A stretch of DNA of 64,000 bases from NCBI RefSeq assembly GCF_004010195.1, contig NC_057719.1, positions 9,649,112-9,713,111 on the forward strand, given 5' to 3'. Position numbers and translations under genes: made by a program. The DNA comes from Chiloscyllium plagiosum. Lineage: Eukaryota. The notes under the pieces are model-generated. The model did no database searches. It saw only the letters and a list, made by a program, of their open reading frames with translations, and was not told where the DNA came from. Numbering within the stretch: position 1 is the first letter of the stretch; each line of letters opens with the position of its first letter. Shown here in pieces: positions 1-12,775 of this stretch.

Positions 1-1472
1 CAATGAAACATCAAAACTTTACCTCTACTCCCTTCAGGCCTGACTTCCACTGGCAATAAATACAGTGGCCAATACCTATACATTTCCAATTGAATCCTTG
101 CATCCATTTCCTCTATCAAGCTTGACACATAAGCCTCAGTGTTGCAGAGGCATTTTCAGTGGGATGAGGCATGCACAACGTTCTAGCGTGGAACGTGCTG
201 TGGTTTATTGCTGTCGCTCTGAAAATGCTGAAGCCTGGCGTCTATGGATCACACAAAACAAAAGTGAGAACCAGATGCATCAGGCACTTTCACATGGATA
301 GGACATCAATTAAGATAAACAGGATGACACATGGTGAGATGGAATTGGGGGGGCAAACTACATGGGAGAGCGACTTTTCACTCTCACCATGAATTATACT
401 GAAACTCTCTTAGTCTTCAATGGACAAATTCAGTTATTAATTGGGTTTGTAGTCATCATGGTAATGAAGTGCTTTATTGGAGTGAAACAGTGGAGGAGAT
501 TGAAAGGGTTTCATGAAAGTTAAAGCTGATACCACAAGCTGTTCTCCCCTAACAATAAAACAGACAGTCTCCACAGCACAGAGGGGCACCACTCAGCCCA
601 CTGTGCCTGAGCTGCCTCTGAGAGTGAGCTATCCAATTTGTTTCATTCATTTGCCATTTCCCCACAGTCCTGCAAAGGTCCCCCCTCCATTCATTTTTGA
701 AATGCACTATTGGACAGATACCAGCACCTGTTCAGGCAATGCTTTCCTGATCTAACAACTCACTGTATAAAAAGGACTTCAGATTGTGTTTGGCTCCTTT
801 AGTCGATTACCTTCACAGAATCAGAGAACGATGATATTGCAGAAAGAGGCCATTTTGTCCATCCTGGTTCTGTTATCTAATCTGGCTCTATTACCACGAG
901 TGCTAATCTCGTGTCTTTTCCCCAAATCCTTGCACACCATTACTATCTAAATGCCCTCAAATGAATCTGCATCCTCCACATTTCCAGGGAGAGCATACCC
1001 TCACTCCTTACTTTGTGAAAACATTTCTTTTATCGTCTCACCCTTACTCTGTTTGCACATCACTTTAAACTTTCAATCTGTGCTCTTTCTCTGACACTCC
1101 GGCTGGTGGAAAAGGTTTCTCTTTCTTTCCTTAAGGAAAAGGTCCATGATTTTGAATGTGCCCTTTGAGTCTCCCTTTAACCTTCTGTGCTCCAAGGGAT
1201 GTAAGCACAGCTTTGCATGTCTCTCCTTGTTCCTGAGATCCAGCAGTCCCAAGAGCATTCCAAGAAAACTCTTCAACAGCCTCTCTACAGCGCAGTGCTT
1301 GGAATTAGCAAAATACCCTCACCAGAGCCTAGCCCCAGTGATGTATGATAGTTTAACATCATTTCCTCACTTTTTGTATAAATTGTTTTTTTTTAAATTG
1401 TCCAGAAATGAAAACAGAAGCTGTGGTTTCTCCTTGGACACCACCCTACCAATCTCATTGAAACTTACAGAA

Positions 1473-1785
1473 CACCGAGAGGCCTGGATAGACTGGACAT
1501 GGAGAAGATGTTTCTATCAGTAGAATAGACTAGGTCATGAGGGCACAGCCTCAGAGTGAAGGGACAACCCTTTAGAACTGAGATGAGGAGGAATTTCTTC
1601 AGTCAGAGGATGAAGACTATGGAGGCCAAGACATTGAGTGTATTTATGAAAGGGACAGATAGGTTCTTAATTAGGTGGGGGATCAAGAAGGCAGGAGTAT
1701 GGAGTTAAGAAACATATCAGCCATGATCGAATGGTGAAGCAGACTCAATGGGCTGAATGGCCTAATTCTGCTCCTATGTCCTACA
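1473..1785 (+). mobile_element. CR1-type LINE 3' fragment
   Basis: gagaagatgttt...gggcacagcctcagagtgaaggg...gaggaggaatttcttcagtcagagg...ggctgaatggcctaattctgctcctatgtc resembles a CR1 ORF2 C-terminus plus 3' tail. Confidence 0.8.
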
Positions 1786-2009
1786 GATACTCAACTCATT
1801 ATAGTCTAATTGTTCAGGCAAATGATAATATTTCAAATCAATCTGTTCAGAAATGCTCTTGCATGCCTTTGGAGCAGGTGAGACTTGAACCTGGCCTCAG
1901 GGCTAACTGCAGTAACCCTTAAATTCTGCCAGTCTCCATTGTGGGATTTCAATGTATTACACACGCCCCCACCCCACCCAGAGTGTTAGCCTGACCGCTA
2001 AAGTGCTAG

Positions 2010-2126
2010 GCGAAAATGACTACTGCAGATGCCAGAGATTAGAATCGAGAGTGTGGTGCTGGAAAAGCACAGAAGGTCAGGCAGCATCCGAGGAGCAGGA
2101 AAATCGATGTTTCGGGCAAAAGCCCT
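2010..2126 (-). mobile_element. Penelope-like element terminal fragment, hammerhead truncated in stem II
   Basis: Reverse strand reads agggcttttgcccgaaacatcgattttcctgctcctcggatgctgcctgacc, the same family as 22179, 23755, 28189 and 49962. Confidence 0.8.
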
Positions 2127-2889
2127 GCTAGCCCAGTAACATCACTACTACGCCTACAAGAATAGGCAGTGACACTGAGTATCCTGCCCACACGTTGGTG
2201 GACAATCCATTGGTTGAGGCCCGGTCCTTGGGGTTTCAGCAGCGAGTCTTTGTCTCCTTCTTCCTTTGCTGTGGCGGTTATAGTCAGAGGCAACGCAGTA
2301 AAGCAGCTTTCAGAGGCCACTCCCTTCTCCTCCTCACTTGACACCCAAACCCCCAAATCTCCCTGCCTCTGAATGACCCCAGATTGGAGAAATTGGACAA
2401 ACACATTCCCTCTCGCAACCCAGAAGGGAGGTTGCTCCTGGTTTCCCATTGAAGGAGCTGGCCTCCTCTCTTGTCTGCCAAGGGAGGCAGGTGATCGAGG
2501 AGGGAGTAATGAGTCCCTTGGAGATCCATTCTTTGGCAATGTGAGGGCTTTCATAGCTGACAAGCCCATAAAGTCAGCCTAGGACTTTCTTACCCAGGAC
2601 TCAATTGTAGAAGTGGTAAGTTGGGAATGAGTTTCTCTTGGAGGACAAAATACTCAGTGACTTCCTGGTCCATTACAGAGTCCAGTTCCATCCTTCCTTG
2701 TCCAGCTCTGCTGTTAGATTTTCAGTCTATACCTCTGTTTGTAAGCAGATACCATATGCTGCTTTTGAAGAGCTCTCTCAGGCAGTATTGCCATCTACAA
2801 AGACATGTATATAAACACATCAGGTCTCCCTGTTCCTGCACCCCTATAACATATTGCACCATTTAGTCCCTGCTGCTTTGAAACACAGA

Positions 2890-3218
2890 ATTCCTGCAGT
2901 GAGTACAGAAGCCACTCAGCCCATTGAGACTGCATCGACCCTCCAAAGAACATCCCATCCGGACCCTCTCAAAGCCCACATTTCCCATGCCTAATACACC
3001 GAGCCTGCACATCCCTGGACACTACGGGGCAATTTAGCACGGCCAATCCACCCTAACCAGCACATCTTGGGACTTGGTGGGGGCGAGGTGGAAACCGGAG
3101 CACCCCCTAGTAGAAGCCTATACAGAGAACGTGCAACTCCATACCGTCAGTCACCCGAGGCTGGTATCAAAGCCTGAACCCTGGTGCAGTGCGAACCACT
3201 GAGCCACAGTGCCACGCC
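2890..3218 (-). mobile_element. HE1-type V-SINE (diverged)
   Basis: Reverse complement matches the HE1 head (ggcactgtggctcagtggtt), body (ccgtgctaaattgcccc) and CR1-like tail. Confidence 0.75.
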
Positions 3219-4629
3219 TCAATCTTCCTACCAAATTCCACCACCTCACAAAGTCTTGAGTCCTGGGTTAGAAGAGAATTTTATTCGATTGCCTCCAAAG
3301 GGCTAGGATCAATTTTATTACTGCTGTCTCAGAAGGGTGGTTGCATGCTTGGACTTCAGATTACACACAGGCTGACAGCTAAACCCTCCAAGTTCAAGGC
3401 TTAAAGTAGTTCATTCTTAATATGATGCTCAATAAAAATAAAGTATTTTCCCAGTCTTCAAAAGAAATGATAGGCAGAATTGCAGCCTTATCAAGGGTTC
3501 AGTAAAGGTTACCAGAAAGATTGTTTGGCTGCAATCTATTTGATGTAATATAGAGTGAAAAATATTAGATGTTGTTCTGGGTTCAAGGCATTTATAACAG
3601 GCTAGGACAAATAAAACGTACGGAAAATGATTTTACAGTCAGAGTGATAGTGAAACTATTTGCTATTCTTGTTCTGTAAAACTTACTGAAACCACCTGCA
3701 ATCGCAGTTACATCGAAAGTCATGCCGTGGGATTCCCTTTCCCCCTCAGTTGACGATCTTCAAAAATCACTAAACTTAACAGAACCTCCCTTTCGACTCT
3801 GAAATACCATTGATAAAATTCTGCGTCTCATTAACAAGATGAATCACAGAATTGTTATAACACAGAAGATGACCATTTGGCCTATCTTGCTTCCACCAAT
3901 GCTTCAGCAGTACATCAATATCTCATGGAAATCTCCTGCCTTTTCTCCATACCCTTGCAGATAGCTTTTAATCAACTTGTTCAGATTATTATTCCTCACC
4001 TCTGGAGCAGGTAGGGCCTGAAAATGGGCCTCCTGGCTCAGAGGGGCACTACCACTGTACCACAGGAGGCCTCTCTATAAACCTGTACATTGGGTTTTCA
4101 GTAACTTCTGAAGTTATGACTACTCCTGAATAATCTCTCTGGTCCAGGAAAAGTAATGCCAATTTTTCATCACAATAAAATCCCACAAAGTAACATTTTA
4201 ATTCTTACACAGTGAAATATTTTAACATATGCTTCCAATCAAACCATCCCCTAAATGTGTTCCGTTGTGCGGGCGTGTTCATTTCAGTAAGTTGGACCCT
4301 TAAGCTTTCTTACTCATGCACACACACATATATATGTAGGCCAAGCTAAATTTCAACTGCCAAACTTCAACCACAAAAGCCTGCAGCAGGACAAGAATAG
4401 TTGTCAAAGATCCCTGCAGATTAGGAAATCATGAGGAAATTGGGATATGGGAGCAGAGTAGGCCATTTTTGTCCCTGGGACCTGCTCCTCCATTTAATAA
4501 GATCATGGTTTTTCTGTTTATGCTTTGAATTCCATGTTCCCCATTTACCCTCAGTAACCATTGATTCCGTTGCCTAACAATGGCATTGCTGACTAATGGA
4601 GGTAACTTGAAGTATCACTGAAGGTCTCC

Positions 4630-4790
4630 TCAAATTCTCCAACATTAAGGGCATTTAAATGGTCATTGGATAGACATATTGATGATAATGGAATAGTACA
4701 GGTTAGATGGGCTTCAGATTGGTTTCACAGGTCGGCACAACATTGAGGGCCAAAGGGCCTGTACTGCGCTATAATATTCTATATTCTATG
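4630..4790 (+). mobile_element. CR1 3' tail fragment
   Basis: gcatttaaatggtcattggatagacat...gggccaaagggcctgtactgcgctataatattctatattctatg. Confidence 0.7.
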
Positions 4791-5094
4791 TACCTGAAGA
4801 ATAAAGGATAAAGTTTATAAACAGCTTGGGTGGTACCTCCTGGGTTGTCGAATGGCCTTGCAAGTGTGTGGTTTACAGGGAATATTGACCCAAATTTTTA
4901 TTTCACACTGTCTACATTTTTTGTAAAGTGAAAAATAATCAGTGAAGTTTATTGATTGGGGGGAGCAGATGGTGTATTAGTAATGTCACTAGGCTAATAA
5001 TACTGCAGTGATGCTTCACAGACGTGGATTCAAATCCCACCACAGCTACTCTGGGAGTTAAAAGTCATTGATAAAGCTGTTCTCAACTTTCATC

Positions 5095-5445
5095 AGGGAG
5101 GTGAAGGCCTAGTGATATTATTGCTAGACTGTTAATCCAGAGACTCAAGTAATCTTCTTGCGAACTGGGTTTGAACCTCGGCATGGCAGGTCGTGGAATG
5201 TGAATTCTACAAAAATCCAGAATTAAGAATCTAACCATGAGTCGATTGTTGTAAAAACCCATCTGAGTCACTAATGTCCTTTATAGAAGGAAACTGCCAT
5301 CCTTACCTGGTCTGCCCTACATATGACTCCAGACCCACAGCAATGTGGTTTACTTTCAACTGCCCTCTGGGCAATTAAGGATGGGTAATAAATGCTGGCC
5401 TAGCCAGTGACACCCACATCCTGTGAGTGAATAATAAAAAAAACA
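5095..5445 (+). mobile_element. tRNA-derived SINE sharing body and tail with the LINE at 48612-52285
   Basis: tRNA-like head, body aaaaacccatctgagtcactaatgtcc...gactccagacccacagcaatgtgg, tail ggcaattaaggatgggtaataaatgctggcc...gaataataaaaaaa. Confidence 0.8.
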
Positions 5446-5866
5446 CCTCTTTGGTTTATTGTCTGTGAAATGCTGTCTGCCCTTGCCTGCTGACATCACT
5501 GCTATCAGGTCAATCAATCTGACTTGGTGCTCATGCAAACTGTACATAGAAAAGGTGAAATCCATCCTGCAGGTATGGTTTAATCTTTGTGAGCAACTTT
5601 TACCGAGGTCAGCAGCGAGTATTGCCAATTGCTTACTGACCACAATGTACAGGCCAATATACCAATAACTATTTGATTTTGCAGAGCATTTTAACACAGT
5701 GAAACATCCAAAGGCACCTCACAGCTCAACACAGTGTAACACCAATAAATTGATACTGATTTATATCATCGAGATTTACAGGCCAATAAAGAAAACTCTT
5801 TGGCCCATCACATCTACTCCAGTCAAAAGCAAGCATCTAACGATTCTAATCCCATTTTCCAGCACT

Positions 5867-5945
5867 TGGCTTTTGCCCGAAACGTCGATTTTGCTGAAGC
5901 TCCTCGATGCTGCCTGAACTGCTGTGCTCTTCCAGCACCATTGAT
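5867..5945 (+). mobile_element. PLE terminal fragment (partial hammerhead)
   Basis: ggcttttgcccgaaacgtcgattttgctgaagctcctcgatgctgcctgaactgctgtgctcttccagcacca. Confidence 0.75.
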
Positions 5946-5959
5946 CCATAGTCTTGTGT

Positions 5960-6570
5960 GCCTGCACATTGAAATACTTCTTATGTGTTATGCAGGTTTC
6001 TGTCTCCACACCATTACAGGTAGAGAGTTCCAGATTCCTACCACCCTCTGCGTGAAAAAGAATTTCCTCACATCTCCTCTAAACCTTCTGCCCCTGCCCT
6101 TAAATCGATGTCTCCTAGTAACTGATCTCTCCACCAAGTGGAAAGGATTTCTTTTCCTGTCTACACCTCTCACAATTTGAGAAATTTAAAACAGACATGA
6201 GAGGCATTTTTATTTTTACACAGAGGGTAGTTCGCGTGTGGAATGAAAATCCTGAGGAAGTGGTGGATGTGCATATAATTACAACATGTAAAAGACATTG
6301 GATAAGTATATGAAGAGGAAAGGTCTGGAGGAATGTGGTCCAGGATAAGGCAGGTGGGACTAGTTTTGTTTGGGATTATGTTCAGCATGGACTGGTTGGA
6401 CTGAAGTGTCTATTTCCGTGCTGTATGACTCTATGCCCCCTCTGAATCTTATCTGCTCTATGGAAAACAACTCCAGTCTGTCCAATAACTCTCCAGCCCA
6501 GGCAATATCCTGGCAAATCTCCTCTGCACCCTCTCCAGTGCTGTCACATCCCTGCTACAATGTGGGTTCC
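5960..6570. mobile_element. Nested CR1 fragments: minus-strand CR1 (5960-6175, 6436-6570) interrupted by a plus-strand CR1 3' end (6180-6435)
   Basis: ORF 5988-6173 (-) TRRHRFKGRGRRFRGDVRKFFFTQRVVGIWNSLP is the CR1 ORF2 C-terminal motif; the inner piece ends in ccgtgctgtatgactctatg. Confidence 0.75.
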
Positions 6571-7149
6571 AGAACAGCTGTGACCTTAGTAACGTTTTAT
6601 ACAGTTCTGACACCTAGCTCAGAGGAAACTCTAAAAACGTTCCCAAATCTGATGGTAGTCTTGCTTTGCGACTTTTTAAGTAAAGTCAGGATGGGGAAAA
6701 TCCTGCAAATAGTTGCCAAGCCAAACTCAGGAAGCCCACTCGGTTGGAAGCTCACAGTTTGAGTGTGTATCACGCTGGGAGAAATGCACATACACAGCAG
6801 TCTTCAGTATCACGTTGCATTGAAATGAGACCGAAAGCAACATCATTAATTAATTTTAGATTATTAATTAGATAATAGGATGGGACCAACTTCTTCAGGA
6901 GGGACATTTGAAAGTAAGTCAGGTGTGGGAAATATTCCTCGGGGAAACACATCACTGAGATGGCAGAAGCAATTGAGCCTGAAATTTGGAAATGCGACTC
7001 AGTACAATGATGTTTTCCAACAAGTGGAAGTCAAAACTTTCAGGACTGTGACACTATCAAATGTGATGCAGTTGTTAAAGTTTACAATGCATTTTAGTAT
7101 ATCGTAATTTGAAGAGTATTCTGCAGTAATCTATAATATGTCAATGTCA

Positions 7150-7490
7150 CAGTGGCAGGAAAAGACGCAGTAGGTAAAGTATTTCCACTGGTTAGGGATT
7201 CCAGAACTAGGGGGCATAGTCTGAAATTTAGGGCCAAAGCATTCAGGAGAGATGTTAGGCAGCACTTTGACTCACAGAGGATGGTAGATGTTTGTCTCTT
7301 CCACAAATGACAGTGGATGCTGGATCAGTTGTTAATTTTAAATGTGAGGTAGATGAAATTTCATTAGGGTGATGTAATGAGGGATATAGGCCAAAGGCAG
7401 GTATAGGGGAATTAGGCCACAGATCAGCCATGATCTCATTGAATGGCAGAACAGGCCCGAGAAGCTGAATGGCCTACTCCTGTTCCAATG
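7150..7490 (+). mobile_element. CR1 3' fragment
   Basis: agaactagggggcatagtctgaaatt...aggagagatgttaggcagcac...ctgaatggcctactcctgttccaatgtt. Confidence 0.8.
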
Positions 7491-7611
7491 TTTGGGTAAA
7501 ATTCTGATTTTCAACTGGTTGGGCTGGTTGCATTTGGGGAAGAGTTGGATCCAATGGAGATAGTCAAGCACATTATGGAATAAGCTATACTGGAGCACAC
7601 AATTCTCTGAA

Positions 7612-7850
7612 GAGTCATAGAGATGTACAGCACGGAAACAGACCCTTTGGTCCAACCCATCCATGCCGACCAGATATCCCAACCCAATCTAGTCCCATTT
7701 GCCAGTACTTAACCCATATCCCTCCAAACCCTTCCTATTCATATACCCATCCAGATGCCTTTTAAATGTTGTAATTGTACCAGCCTCCACCACTTCCTCT
7801 GGCAGCTAATTCCATACACTCACCACCCTCTGCGTGAAAGAGTTGCCTTT
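7612..7850 (-). mobile_element. HER1/CR1 LINE 3' end
   Basis: gagtcatagagatgtacagcacggaaacagaccc...ctccaccacttcctctggcag is the reverse complement of the tail at 10380-10590. Confidence 0.85.
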
Positions 7851-8219
7851 CCTGTTCATAGCCATTTTGTGTGCATGTGGGAGTTGTTGAGGGTGTGCTG
7901 CAGACAGTGGGGAAGGGCACTTGTGGTAGAAGTGTGCACCATTCTCTCAGAAAACCTAATGGATATCAGCTGACTGAATCATGCAAAATGTGAGATCAAT
8001 ATTTCTCTTTATGCGAGTACAACCTTATAAAGGATATGGAGACACAGCAGGTAGGATAGAGCTTAGACCCAGATCAGCAACCATTTCTGTAAATGAAGGA
8101 ATAGTCTCAAGGGTTTGACCTTCAACATCAGTTGCTAAGGAATGCTGAATAAGAATGGAGTATCGTCTCTGAAAAGGCAGGGCTTACAGTACTCAGTGTG
8201 TAGCTCTGTAGAATGGAAA

Positions 8220-8528
8220 TGATTAGATTAGATACCCTATAGTATGGAAGCAGGCCCTTTGGCCCAACAAGTCCACACCGACACACAACCCACCCAGACC
8301 CGTCCCCCCCACCCTATATTTACCCATGACTAATGCACCTAACACTATGGGCAATTCAGCATGGCCAATTCACCAGGCCTGCACATCTTTGGACTGTGGG
8401 AGGAAACCCATCCAAAAACAGGGAGAATGTGCAAACTCCACACGGACAGCCACCCAAGGCAGGAATTGAACCTGGGTCCCTGGTGCTGTGAGGCAACAGT
8501 GCTAACCACTGAGCCCCCGTGCCGCCCA
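8220..8528 (-). mobile_element. HE1 V-SINE
   Basis: Reverse strand gggcggcacggg...agtggttagcactgttgcctcacagcaccagggacccaggttcaattcc (tRNA head), V-domain, tail gggcctgcttccatacta...tctaatctaatc. Confidence 0.9.
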
Positions 8529-8754
8529 CTGGTGGCGTTGTAAGAATGTTGTAAATGTGATAAGAACATCAGCACTTAAGAAATAGGAAGACCACACTGC
8601 CACTTGAGCCAACTCTGTCACCCCATATGATAATGATCAATCTTCAGCTTTAACTATGCATGGCTGCCTGTTCCTCACATCTCCTGAATGCTTGAAAGAT
8701 TAAAAATACGCTATGACAGTCTCTAGTCCAAAACTGAATAGAAGAGATCTAAGG

Positions 8755-9005
8755 ATGTTATAATTGAAAGGAGACCGAAGAGGCAACTTTTTTGCACAGA
8801 GGGTGGTGCATGTGTGGAATGAACTGCTGGATGAAGTGTTGGAGGCTGGTACAAATACAACATTTAAAAGGCATCTGGATGGATACATGAATACGAAGGA
8901 CATAGAGGGATCTGGACCAAGTGCTGGCAAATGGGACTAGACTAGGTTAGGATACCTGGCCGGCATGAATGAGTTGGACCGAATGTTTTTGACTTCATGA
9001 CTCTA
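8755..9005 (+). mobile_element. HER1/CR1 3' fragment
   Basis: aggcaacttttttgcacagagggtggtgcatgtgtggaatgaactgc...catttaaaaggcatctggatgg. Confidence 0.85.
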
Positions 9006-9639
9006 AGTACAGTTAATGATGCAGCCTGCCCATTTTCCGCCATCAAGAAAATGTAAAGTTTGAGAACTCTCTGAGTGAAAAAATTACTCAGAGATATTTC
9101 AAGTACTTCACCAAAGTGACGGAAGTCTTAAAGCCCCATCGATACTTCTTTCAATGTTCATACAAAAAAAAGACCCAGAACCGGTGTGAGAATTCAAGGA
9201 AACACAATTATGAGGAATGGAGAGTACCATCGGAATAATGATAATGATGGGAAAGGCTGCGTTTGGTAAAAGGAGAGAGTTGCTGAATAAACAACGTGAG
9301 GAGTGACTTCTAAAGAGGTTTGATGGAGTGTTGCCTTCTCTGGACGTGTGGTGAGGACCTTACGAAGATGGAGATCGACCTTTGTCAATAACTTTAAAGC
9401 CAGGGTTCGGAGGAGGAGAGCAGAAAGGAACTGCTGGGCAGAGAAAAAGTAACATGTGAAGTGAACAAACTAAGAAATTTGCTGGACATAATTGGGAATG
9501 GACAGAGAGTCTTGGCAGGGCACAAGCTAAGAGGATGTTGACTTGTATGGAGGCATGATTTCCAGAAATTAAATCAGAAGCAGAAGGACAACAGGGGGTT
9601 TTGAAACTGAAGTGAGTTGCTGACAAATGAAAAGAGTGG

Positions 9640-10592
9640 ATGTGAGCATAAGAGGTACAGTTAGTAAGTTTGCAGATGACACCAAAATTGGAGGTGTAGT
9701 GGACAGCAAAGAGGGTTACCTCAGATTACAACAGGATCTTGACCAGATGGGCCAATGGGCTGAGAGGAGTGGCAGATGGAGTTTAATTCAGATAAATGCA
9801 AGGTGCTGCATTTTGGGAAAGCAAATCTTAGCAGTACGTATACACTTAATGGTAAGGTCCTCGGGAGTGTTGCTGAACAAAGAGACCTTGGAGTGCAGGT
9901 TCATAGCTCCTTGAAAGTGGATTTGCTGGTAGACAGCATAGTGAAGAAGGCGCTTGGTATGCTTTCCTCTATTGGCCAGAGTATTGAGTACAGGAGTTGG
10001 GAGGTCATGTTGCGGCTGTACAGGACATTGGTTAGGCCACTGTTGGAATATTGCGTGCAATTCTGGTCTCCTTCCTATCAGAAAGACGTTGTGAAACTTG
10101 AAAGGGTTCAGAAAAGATTTACCAGGAAGTTGCCAGGGTTGGAGGATTTGAGCTATGGGGAGAGGCTGAACAGGCTGGGGCTGTTTTCTCTGGAGCATTG
10201 GAGGCTGAGGGGTGACCTTATAGAGGTTTACAAAATTATGGGGGGCATGGATAGGATAAATAGACAAAGTCTTTTCCCTGGGGTCGGGGAGTCCAGAACT
10301 AGAGGATATAGGTTTAGGGTGAGAGGGGAAAGATATAAAAGAGACCTAAGGGGCAACTTTTTCACGTAGAGGGTGGTATGTGTATGGAATGAACTGCCAG
10401 AGGAAGTGGTGGAGGCTGGTACAATTGCAACAGTTGAAAGGCATTTGAATGGGTACATGAATAGGAAGGTTTTGTAGGGATATGGGCCGGATGCTGGCAG
10501 GTGGGACTAGATCGGGTTGGGATCTCTGGTCGGCATGGACGGGTTGGACTGAAGGGTCTGTTTCCATGCTGTACATCTCTATGACTCTATGA
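9640..10592 (+). mobile_element. HER1/CR1 LINE, 5'-truncated (RT C-terminal half and 3' UTR)
   Basis: SKFADDTKIGG motif, then MEFNSDKCKVLHFG...LYRTLVRPLLEYCVQFWSP...RLRGDLIEVYKIM...RGNFFT; tail gtttccatgctgtacatctctatgactctatgac. Confidence 0.95.
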
Positions 10593-10619
10593 CACAGTTA
10601 GGAGAGAACATTAGTGACC

Positions 10620-10925
10620 AAGGACTTGCCATTTCACAGAATAAGGGGATACTCATTTGAAACTGAGAATGTGGAGGAATTTCTTCTCCAGAATGTAGTG
10701 AATTCTGGAATTATCTACCTTAGAGGGGTGTGGACATGAAAGTTGTGGAGGCACTGAAAGTATTTAAGTAGGAGGGAGGTAGATTTTTGAAAAATCGTTG
10801 AGTTAAGGGCTACAAGGAGCTGGTACAAGAGAGGAGTTGAGGCCTGGAACAGATCAGCCATGATTTTATTGAATGGTGAATGAATCTGAAGGCCTATTTC
10901 GGTCCCTATTTCTTGTATTCTTGAT
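10620..10925 (+). mobile_element. Older CR1 3' fragment
   Basis: aactgagaatgtggaggaatttcttctcc...tggaattatctacct...agatcagccatgattttattgaatgg. Confidence 0.7.
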
Positions 10926-11829
10926 GATGTTGATTGACAGCAAAGTTTACAGGGCCCTGTAATCAGGTTTCTTAGCATCTTGGTGAGGGATTTCCATATA
11001 GAGTCATAATGAGCGGAAACAGGCCCTTCAATCCAACTTGTCCATGCTGACTAGGTTCCTGAAACTAATCTAGTCCCACTTGCCAGCATTTGGTCCACAT
11101 CCTTCTAAACCTCTCCTATTCATGTACCTCTCCAAGTATTTTTTTTTTAATGTTAAAATTGTGTCCACATGTCAAGCAACACGAACAACAGCAAAGATCC
11201 CTTTCCCTTTCCAAAAAGAGAGCAAAACAATTCGTTGTTTGAAGAGGCTCCTCATGTTGCAATGCTGGCTCAATCAAACTGACTCTCTTCTTACTGCTCC
11301 CATTCACACTCATGGGTTAAAAAGTAAATTCCAAGCAGGTTATTTTGAATTTTCACTGTGAGCAAAGTGATAACAGTCAGCTATTGTGCTTCATACAGAA
11401 TAGAAACGAGCGTGTAAGGGATTCTGAAACCAGCAGAAAACCTGTTGGTAAGCAAATACATGCAAAGCCAAGTCTCTGGTTCATAAGTTATTGGATTCAT
11501 GTCACACACTTATTGCCCAGACAGTCCATAGATTACTGCAGTCCCTGGCAAGAGAAATGCTCAGCATAAAAATAACATATTTTAATGGAAAAAGTGATTG
11601 ATTTTTGCACCATGACATCCATTACTGGGCAAAATGCTGACTTGGGCTACTGTGAAGCAGACAGCCTCCATGTAAACGTGAGAAAGGGAATATCGTAACT
11701 TTCCTTTCCAAAATAATGGCTAGTCTGTACAGTGTAAATAGGGCAAACAGCTAACACGGTTTAAACTTGGACGAGGAGAAACGCAAACAGCTACACACCC
11801 ACATTCTTATGTTTGTTGTTATTTGCACA

Positions 11830-12040
11830 AGTAAAGGTAAAATAGCCATAGTCCTACCAGACCATAGCACTGCTCTCTCATTAGAGAGAGACAACTGGTG
11901 ATCGTTTAACCTGAGGGTCAGAACGCCTCAGAGGTCGAGATGGGGAGTCCTTCATTGGGACCTCAGCTGGTGCTGGAATTGAACCCATGCTCTTGGTATT
12001 ACTTCACACCACAAACCAACTACCCAGCTAACTGACACGA
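11830..12040 (-). mobile_element. tRNA-derived SINE (second copy at 18005-18225)
   Basis: Shared ctgctctct(c)attagagagagacaa(c/t)tggtgat..tttaa(c/t)ctgagggtc; B-box-like gggttcaat(t)cc on the minus strand. Confidence 0.6.
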
Positions 12041-12560
12041 ACAACTGCCTGATCAAGACCTTCATTAACACAGCATCAAAGAAAACTCTACCTTTTAAGT
12101 TCCTTACTATAATAGGACAGTTTGCACACAATAAGTGTATTTAAGCACGTTATCATTCTACCCCAATGGACAGAGATTGACAGCTGTCCCTTCACAATTG
12201 AAACCATTGTCGAGTGTTGGAAAAACCCACCTGGTTCACTAATACCCTTTTGGGAAGGAAACTGCCGTCCTTACCTGGTGCAACCTACATGTGACTCCAG
12301 ACCCACAGCAACACAGTTACCTCAACTGCCGTCTGGAAAATTAGGGATGGGCAATAAATGTTGGCTCAGCCTGTGACGCCTACATTCCATTAATGAATGA
12401 AAATAAAATTCCACCTCATTAATATTCTGTTATTTCCATCGCGATATATTTTGTTATTAGAGAGATGATATTGGGCACATATTTCCTTCCTCCATGTTCC
12501 CCATCCTCCCCCACCCAGCCTCATTGATTCTGACCCCAGGGGTGGAATCTTCCCGAGGTA

Positions 12561-12775
12561 CAGGTCGTTCTGCTAGAACGCGTGTTTTGTTAACATGAAT
12601 TCGCTGTAACCCAGCGAACTGGGGATGCTGTTTCTAAACCGCAAACTTCTAAAACATGCGTTGGCTGTAACGTGACTACATCGCCAACACTTTAAGCATT
12701 GTTTCTAAGGCGCGATTTTTCTATAACGCGGGGTTGCACAAGAACGCAACCATCACATTGTAGAAGAACTATCTG
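12561..12775. mobile_element. Tigger/pogo-like MITE
   Basis: Imperfect TIRs: ta|caggtcgttctgctagaacgcg versus cacattgtagaagaactatctg|tg, where the duplicate at 13371-13379 has ctg|ta; CAG...CTG ends with a TA site. Confidence 0.6.

Noticed and set aside
2039..2569. 176-aa minus-strand ORF
   Set aside because: No recognisable family or in-frame splice acceptor, and its C-terminus is read from a PLE repeat.
9776..10369. 197-aa ORF as a host gene
   Set aside because: It is a CR1 ORF2 fragment, with paralogous copies at 37553 and 46321.
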